NCBI GenBank assembly: GCA_039801885.1
Contig: JBDRVN010000050.1
Span: 1-11,556 of the forward strand
From: a candidate division WOR-3 bacterium
GTDB taxonomy: Bacteria; Hydrothermota; Tepidihabitantia; Tepidihabitantales; DTDR01
Direction: 5' to 3'
Length of the DNA stretch: 11,556 nt
Shown here: in pieces, positions 7,430 to 11,556 of the stretch
How the letters are laid out: the number at the start of each line of letters is the position of its first letter
Position numbering within the stretch: the stretch's first letter is position 1
Program-made: the position numbers and the translations under genes
The notes under the pieces: model-generated
Databases searched by the model: none
Seen by the model: only the letters and a program-made list of their open reading frames with translations
Told to the model about the DNA's origin: nothing

Positions 7430-7914
7430 TACTCTTTTACTTTAAATTCACACCTTCGATTTTTCCAATATTCATCAGGATTATTAGTCACCAATCTCTC
7501 TTCACCATAACTGATTGTTTCCAGACGGTCAGCAGGAATTCCCAGTTTTATAAGATAGTCCTTTGCCGAGTTTGCTCTTCTTTGACCAAGACCTAAATTA
7601 TATTCATTGGTGCCAATCGGACAGCAATGACCTTCAATAACGATTTTCACATTAGGATATTGTTTTAGAACTTCGGCATTTTTCTTTAAAATTTCGGCAT
7701 CACCTGGTCTTATATCATATTTGTCAAAATCAAAGTGAATGGTCTCTAATACCAAGGTTGGCTTTTCTACTTCGGGTGACGGTGGCGGAGTTTCTACTTC
7801 CTCTTCTTCAGGCGGTGGTGGAATTACCTCTTCCTTTACTGCCTTTTTCGGACAGCCAATAAATAATAAACTGAATACAAAAACTAATAAAGTTAAGGTA
7901 AATATTTTTTTCAT
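7429..7914 (-). CDS. pal: Peptidoglycan-associated lipoprotein Pal (OmpA-C domain)
   Basis: Signal peptide with lipobox FIGC, Pro/Glu linker, IHFDFDKYDI, IEGH, YNLGLGQRRANS, TISYGEER, KNRR. SD AAGGAGG. Synteny with cpoB. Confidence 0.9.
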   Translation of the reverse strand: MKKIFTLTLLVFVFSLLFIGCPKKAVKEEVIPPPPEEEEVETPPPSPEVEKPTLVLETIHFDFDKYDIRPGDAEILKKNAEVLKQYPNVKIVIEGHCCPIGTNEYNLGLGQRRANSAKDYLIKLGIPADRLETISYGEERLVTNNPDEYWKNRRCEFKVKE

Positions 7915-7956
7915 ATTTTCCTCCTTTTAATTAATAACATAAAAATAACTTTAAAT

Positions 7957-7984
7957 ATTTTACCTATTATTTTTTAAAAGTCAA
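7957..7984 (-). promoter_or_regulatory. sigma70-type promoter for pal-cpoB
   Basis: TTGACT(7984-7979)-N16-TAAAAT(7962-7957), 5 nt after the WG-gene stop. Confidence 0.7.
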
Positions 7985-7989
7985 GATAT

Positions 7990-8844
7990 TTATTTATGTT
8001 TTTTCTCTTCTAATTTTATTGCCACTAACGCCAAACCTTCGGCAAAGGAATAGGCATAATCAAAGATCGGATTGATAACAAAATTTCCTTTCTTATCAAT
8101 AAAGCCCCACCTTTCTTTTTTCTCACCAATATTTACTGCTGCTATCCCTTCACTAAAATCCCAGGCATTATAAAACTGGGGATTGATAACAAATTCTCCT
8201 TGGTGATTGATAAAGCCCCATTTCTCACCAACCCTAACCAATGCCAGTCCTTCACAAAAATGGCGGGAGGCACTAAACTGAGGCTTGATAACCGGTTCGC
8301 CGGCCTTGTTGATAAAGCCAACCCGATAATTGATTTTAATTGGTGCCAAACCTTCGGAAAAGATGTAGGCATAGTCAAATTGGGGTTCAATTAGATAATT
8401 ACCATTCTTATCAATAAACCCCCATTTATTTTCAATTTCGACGGCGGCTACTCCTTCATTAAAAGCCCAGGCAAAATCAAATTTTGGTTCGATAATAAAT
8501 TCTCCTTGATGATTGATAAAGCCCCATTTCTCACCATATTTTACTGCTGCCAAGGAATCTTGAAAATGCCAGGCTTTTTCAAATTTTAGTTCGAGCACCA
8601 TTCTTCCACTCCGGTCAATAAATCCCCATTTGAAGTTTATCTCAATTGCTGCTAAACCTTCGGAGAAATGCCAGGCACGGTCAAATTGGGGCTGGATAAC
8701 AAATTTCCCTTTCTCATCAATATATCCCCATTTGTTACCAACCCGAACACCGGCTAAACCTTCGGAGAACCGACCACCATTATCAAAATTAGGATTAATT
8801 ACAAACCGACCGGTCTTATCAATATATCCCCATTTTTCTCTCAT
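7990..8844 (-). CDS. WG (KWG-Leptospira type) repeat protein, eight ~34-aa repeats
   Basis: Eight copies of KWG(Y/F)I(D/N)xxGxxVIxPxFxxAxxFSEGLAxV fill the whole ORF. No signal peptide or other domain. Confidence 0.92.
   Translation of the reverse strand: MREKWGYIDKTGRFVINPNFDNGGRFSEGLAGVRVGNKWGYIDEKGKFVIQPQFDRAWHFSEGLAAIEINFKWGFIDRSGRMVLELKFEKAWHFQDSLAAVKYGEKWGFINHQGEFIIEPKFDFAWAFNEGVAAVEIENKWGFIDKNGNYLIEPQFDYAYIFSEGLAPIKINYRVGFINKAGEPVIKPQFSASRHFCEGLALVRVGEKWGFINHQGEFVINPQFYNAWDFSEGIAAVNIGEKKERWGFIDKKGNFVINPIFDYAYSFAEGLALVAIKLEEKKHK
8191..8536. repeat. 40-bp near-perfect direct repeat (8191-8230 and 8497-8536) inside the WG gene
   Basis: aaattctccttgGtgattgataaagccccatttctcacca vs aaattctccttgAtgattgataaagccccatttctcacca: 39/40 identical, offset 306 bp (3 repeat units). 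Confidence 0.9.
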
Positions 8845-8874
8845 TACTATATCCCTTTAAAATCATATATTTAA

Positions 8875-8903
8875 ATTATACTATCTGCCAAATTTTTTGT
8901 CAA
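8875..8903 (-). promoter_or_regulatory. Consensus sigma70 promoter for the WG gene, with -35 inside the mutL 3' end
   Basis: TTGACA(8903-8898)-N17-TATAAT(8880-8875); the -10 begins immediately after the mutL TAG. Confidence 0.8.
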
Positions 8904-10503
8904 TTTCTAAAAGTTCCATTTTGACGATTGTTGGTCTTCCGTGGGGACAAAAATAGGGATTGGCACAGGCAAAAAGCTGGTTTATTAAACTCTCCATCTC
9001 CCTTTCGTTCAATCGCTGATTTGCCTTGATTGCTCCTTTACAGGCAATCAGTTTGGCGTAAATTTCTCTTCTTTTCTCATAACTTGCCTTTTCAATCTCT
9101 TTGGAATTGTTGTAAATTTCTAAGATAAGTTCTTTTAAATCCTCTTTACTAAAAAAGGTAGTCACCGGTATCGCCTTAAAAGCAATCGTGTTCTTGCCAA
9201 AAATTTCTATCTCCAATCCCAGATAGTTAAGTTCTTCTTTCAATTCCTGAATAACAAAAAATACTTCCGGTTTTAATTCTAATAATATGGGAAAAAGTAA
9301 GGGCTGGGAAAGTTTTTCTTCCCTTTCACTTTTTAATAGTTTCTCAAATAGTATCCTTTCGGATGCCGCATGCTGGTCAATAATACAAAAACCACTTTTT
9401 ATCGGCGTGAGGATATATTTGTTATGTAATTGCCAGAAAAGTCTTTTTTCTTCTTCGATTAGTAAATTTTCTTTCCTTTCTTCACCAGTTCCTATTTCCT
9501 GGGAAAGTTCCAAGTATTCTAAATCTTTCTTAATCTTTAATTTTTCCCTTATCCCTTGAGAGATAAAATCATAAAGGAAACGTTCATCAATAAATTTTAC
9601 TTCTTCTTTTGTTGGGTGGATGTTCACATCTAAATAATCCGGCGGAGTATCAATAAATAAGAGAAAATTGGGATTTTTGCCCATTAAAGTGCCACCATAA
9701 CCATCATAAATCGCCTTTTTGATAACCGCACTTCTCACCGGTCTCTGGTTGAAAAAGATCAGCTGGATTTCTGCTGGTAAAAATAGTTTCTCTGGGTCGG
9801 AAAGAAAACCATACAAATTTAAATGGGGATTTTCTAAATAGATTTCAATCAAAGAAGAAAAAATCTCCTTGCCCAAAACCATTTCCAACCTTTCTTTTAA
9901 AGAATTGGCCTTGGGATAATTGAAAATTATTTTCTCATCATTCTTTAATTGAAAACTTACCGCATAGTTGCTTAAAAGATAATTTTTTACCACTTCGCTG
10001 GCCAACCTTGCCTCCTGATAACTACTTTTTAAGAAATTTCTTCTTACCGGATAATTATAGAAAAGTTCCTTGACATATACTGTTGTGCCCCGTTTTCGCC
10101 CAATTTCGCCACTATCAATAATCTTATTATCTTTCACTTCAATATAATAGCCTTCGCCATCTTTTTCGCTCGTCTCAATTCTTAAAAGGGAGCAACTGGC
10201 AATGGATGATAAGGCTTCACCCCGAAAACCATAGGTCTTTATCCTTTTTAAATCTTCTATCTCTTTTAATTTGCTGGTGGAATACCTTTCAATTGATAAA
10301 AATAAATCCTCTTTACTCATACCAATACCATCATCAATCACCTTGATTAACTTTTTGCCTCCTTCTTTTAGTTCAATAATAATCTTTGTGCTTTGGGCAT
10401 CTAAGGAATTTTCAATCAATTCTTTAACGCAAGAAGCCGGCCGAAAGATAACTTCCCCACAGGCAATCTTTCTGATTACTTCTTCTCTTAACTTCTCAAT
10501 CAT
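8881..10503 (-). CDS. mutL: DNA mismatch repair endonuclease MutL
   Basis: GEVIFRPASCVKELIENSLDA, DDGIGM, TSK, GFRGEALSSI, DVNIHPTKEEV; C-terminal endonuclease motifs DQHAASERILFE, ACK, CPHGRP; clamp motif QPLLFP. MutH-independent type. Confidence 0.97.
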   Translation of the reverse strand: MIEKLREEVIRKIACGEVIFRPASCVKELIENSLDAQSTKIIIELKEGGKKLIKVIDDGIGMSKEDLFLSIERYSTSKLKEIEDLKRIKTYGFRGEALSSIASCSLLRIETSEKDGEGYYIEVKDNKIIDSGEIGRKRGTTVYVKELFYNYPVRRNFLKSSYQEARLASEVVKNYLLSNYAVSFQLKNDEKIIFNYPKANSLKERLEMVLGKEIFSSLIEIYLENPHLNLYGFLSDPEKLFLPAEIQLIFFNQRPVRSAVIKKAIYDGYGGTLMGKNPNFLLFIDTPPDYLDVNIHPTKEEVKFIDERFLYDFISQGIREKLKIKKDLEYLELSQEIGTGEERKENLLIEEEKRLFWQLHNKYILTPIKSGFCIIDQHAASERILFEKLLKSEREEKLSQPLLFPILLELKPEVFFVIQELKEELNYLGLEIEIFGKNTIAFKAIPVTTFFSKEDLKELILEIYNNSKEIEKASYEKRREIYAKLIACKGAIKANQRLNEREMESLINQLFACANPYFCPHGRPTIVKMELLEIDKKFGR

Positions 10504-10504
10504 C

Positions 10505-11272
10505 TTATAAATCGTATTTCATTCCATCATTAGCAGCAATTATTTTCACATTAATATTACTAAACTCCTTATTTAACTCTTCAGCAATCAGCCAAGGTTT
10601 CTTTCTTATCATCGTCATTCCAAAATGGGTAAGAAAAGAGACTTTTGGTCTTATCTCTTTGATTAAAACTTTCACATCTTCCAAACTTAAATGGTCTAAT
10701 TCGGATGGCTTTTCTCTTACGACATTCATAATTAAAATATCGCTCTCCTTATAAGCCGTGATTAGCCCATCAAAAAATTTCGTGTCGGCAATATAGCCAA
10801 TTTTTATCTTATCGGTCTTGAAAAGAAAACCATAGGTTTCTGCGCGGTGTTCGTGCCTTATCGGACAGGTAAAAGTTACACCATTTAAATTATATACTTC
10901 TTTCTCTTTTAAGAGCACAATCTTTTCTAAATAACTTCTTAGATAGCGATAGACAACCGGATCATCACCTTCTAAGGCATCATAAGGAGCAAATAAAATT
11001 CCCCTTTTTTGGGTGCCGCCAATGGTTATTGCTTCAATAATATTATTAATATCACCGGAATGGTCCAGATGTTTATGGGAAAGTAATACGGCATTAATGG
11101 AAGTTGGGTCAAGTTTATGTTTCGATGAGACGATTCTAACCAAGGAGCCTGGTCCTGGGTCAATTAAAAGATTTTTATTATTCAAAGTGAGCCAGATACC
11201 ACCACTTGCCCTTATCTGCTTAAAGACAACAATTCGCGCACCACCACTGCCCAAAAAGATAATTCTATCCAC
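10505..11272 (-). CDS. Metallo-beta-lactamase-fold hydrolase (PhnP/RNase Z-like clan)
   Basis: FLGSGG, LIDPGPG, SHKHLDHSGD (HxHxDH), HEH, YIADT, DHLS, LTHFG. GTG start; the stop is 1 nt from the mutL ATG. Confidence 0.9.
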   Translation of the reverse strand: MDRIIFLGSGGARIVVFKQIRASGGIWLTLNNKNLLIDPGPGSLVRIVSSKHKLDPTSINAVLLSHKHLDHSGDINNIIEAITIGGTQKRGILFAPYDALEGDDPVVYRYLRSYLEKIVLLKEKEVYNLNGVTFTCPIRHEHRAETYGFLFKTDKIKIGYIADTKFFDGLITAYKESDILIMNVVREKPSELDHLSLEDVKVLIKEIRPKVSFLTHFGMTMIRKKPWLIAEELNKEFSNINVKIIAANDGMKYDL

Positions 11273-11277
11273 AAAAT

Positions 11278-11305
11278 ATTATAAAATTATTATAATTTTT
11301 GTCAA
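11278..11305 (-). promoter_or_regulatory. Consensus sigma70 promoter for MBL-mutL, probably leaderless
   Basis: TTGACA(11305-11300)-N16-TATAAT(11283-11278), then 5 nt, then GTG 11272. No SD. Confidence 0.8.
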
Positions 11306-11391
11306 AGATATTTATTTGCTTTTCCGAAAATAAGAGCACCTACCTTCGCCACCTTAATTAAATATTTTAAATGTCAATAATAAAAAAAGTG

Positions 11392-11417
11392 GTAACCTTT
11401 TTGCCTTCTTATCCGTT
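11392..11417 (+). promoter_or_regulatory. Possible ECF-sigma-type promoter for the HTH gene
   Basis: GTAACC(11392-11397)-N16-CGTT(11414-11417) fits the generic ECF AAC...CGT pattern. No well-spaced sigma70 pair is seen on this strand. Confidence 0.45.
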
Positions 11418-11453
11418 ATATATATGTAAGGGAAAATATAAAAAGGAGAGATT

Positions 11454-11556
11454 ATGAAGTTGTATTTAACTGATGAAGAGAAAGAGAAGATAAAGAATTT
11501 GGGAATTTTAAAGGTAAGTCAGGTTGCCTATTTTCTTAATGTCACTCACCAGACAG
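11454..11556 (+). CDS. Partial helix-turn-helix protein (MerR/excisionase-like), truncated by the window
   Basis: SD AGGAGAG, then MKLYLTDEEKEKIKNLGILKVSQVAYFLNVTHQT. LKVSQVAYFLNVTHQT resembles the LxxxEVAxxLxVSxxT start of HTH_17/MerR domains. Confidence 0.65.
   Translation, partial: MKLYLTDEEKEKIKNLGILKVSQVAYFLNVTHQT

Noticed and set aside
7770..7830. Pro/Glu low-complexity repeat in pal
   Set aside because: Ordinary flexible linker of Pal/OmpA lipoproteins.
8191..8536. WG direct repeat as a DGR template/variable pair or a CRISPR array
   Set aside because: Two copies only, both in-frame coding, one synonymous difference, and no reverse transcriptase or cas genes in the window.
1200..11333. 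Short shadow ORFs (1200-1430, 2097-2282, 2827-3012, 7231-7413, 7739-7930, 8142-8390, 8200-8394, 8630-8860, 9287-9559, 10271-10510, 11013-11333)
   Set aside because: Antisense or off-frame within well-supported genes, with no recognisable motifs.
11350..11377. Second - strand promoter at TTGACA 11377-11372
   Set aside because: No acceptable -10 at 16-18 bp; the best is TAAGGT at 15 bp.

Overview
AT-rich, gene-dense chromosomal window from a diderm bacterium (pal, cpoB, lspA). The K/E-rich proteins and gene content suggest a thermophilic anaerobe, possibly WOR-3-like; this is inference only. Order: miaA (3'-truncated, -) | EndoQ-family PHP nuclease (+), ArcE/cDPGS-like P-loop enzyme (+) >< iscS, lspA, TackOD1 Zn-ribbon/degenerate Mrr fusion, hypothetical, tRNA-Glu(CTC), cpoB, pal, WG-repeat protein, mutL, MBL-fold hydrolase (all -) | partial HTH gene (+). 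No transposase, integrase or CRISPR array is evident. Most interesting: (1) a 66-nt GC-rich, strand-specific hairpin between a sigma70 promoter and a CCA-less tRNA-Glu that runs straight into an uncharacterised ORF; (2) a TackOD1 plus apparently inactive PD-(D/E)xK fusion heading an operon with lspA; (3) a Pal whose peptidoglycan-binding Asp is replaced by Cys; (4) a divergent arginine-synthetase (ArcE)-like gene without arc partners; (5) very clean promoters, including a symmetric bidirectional leaderless promoter and five 16-bp spacers.
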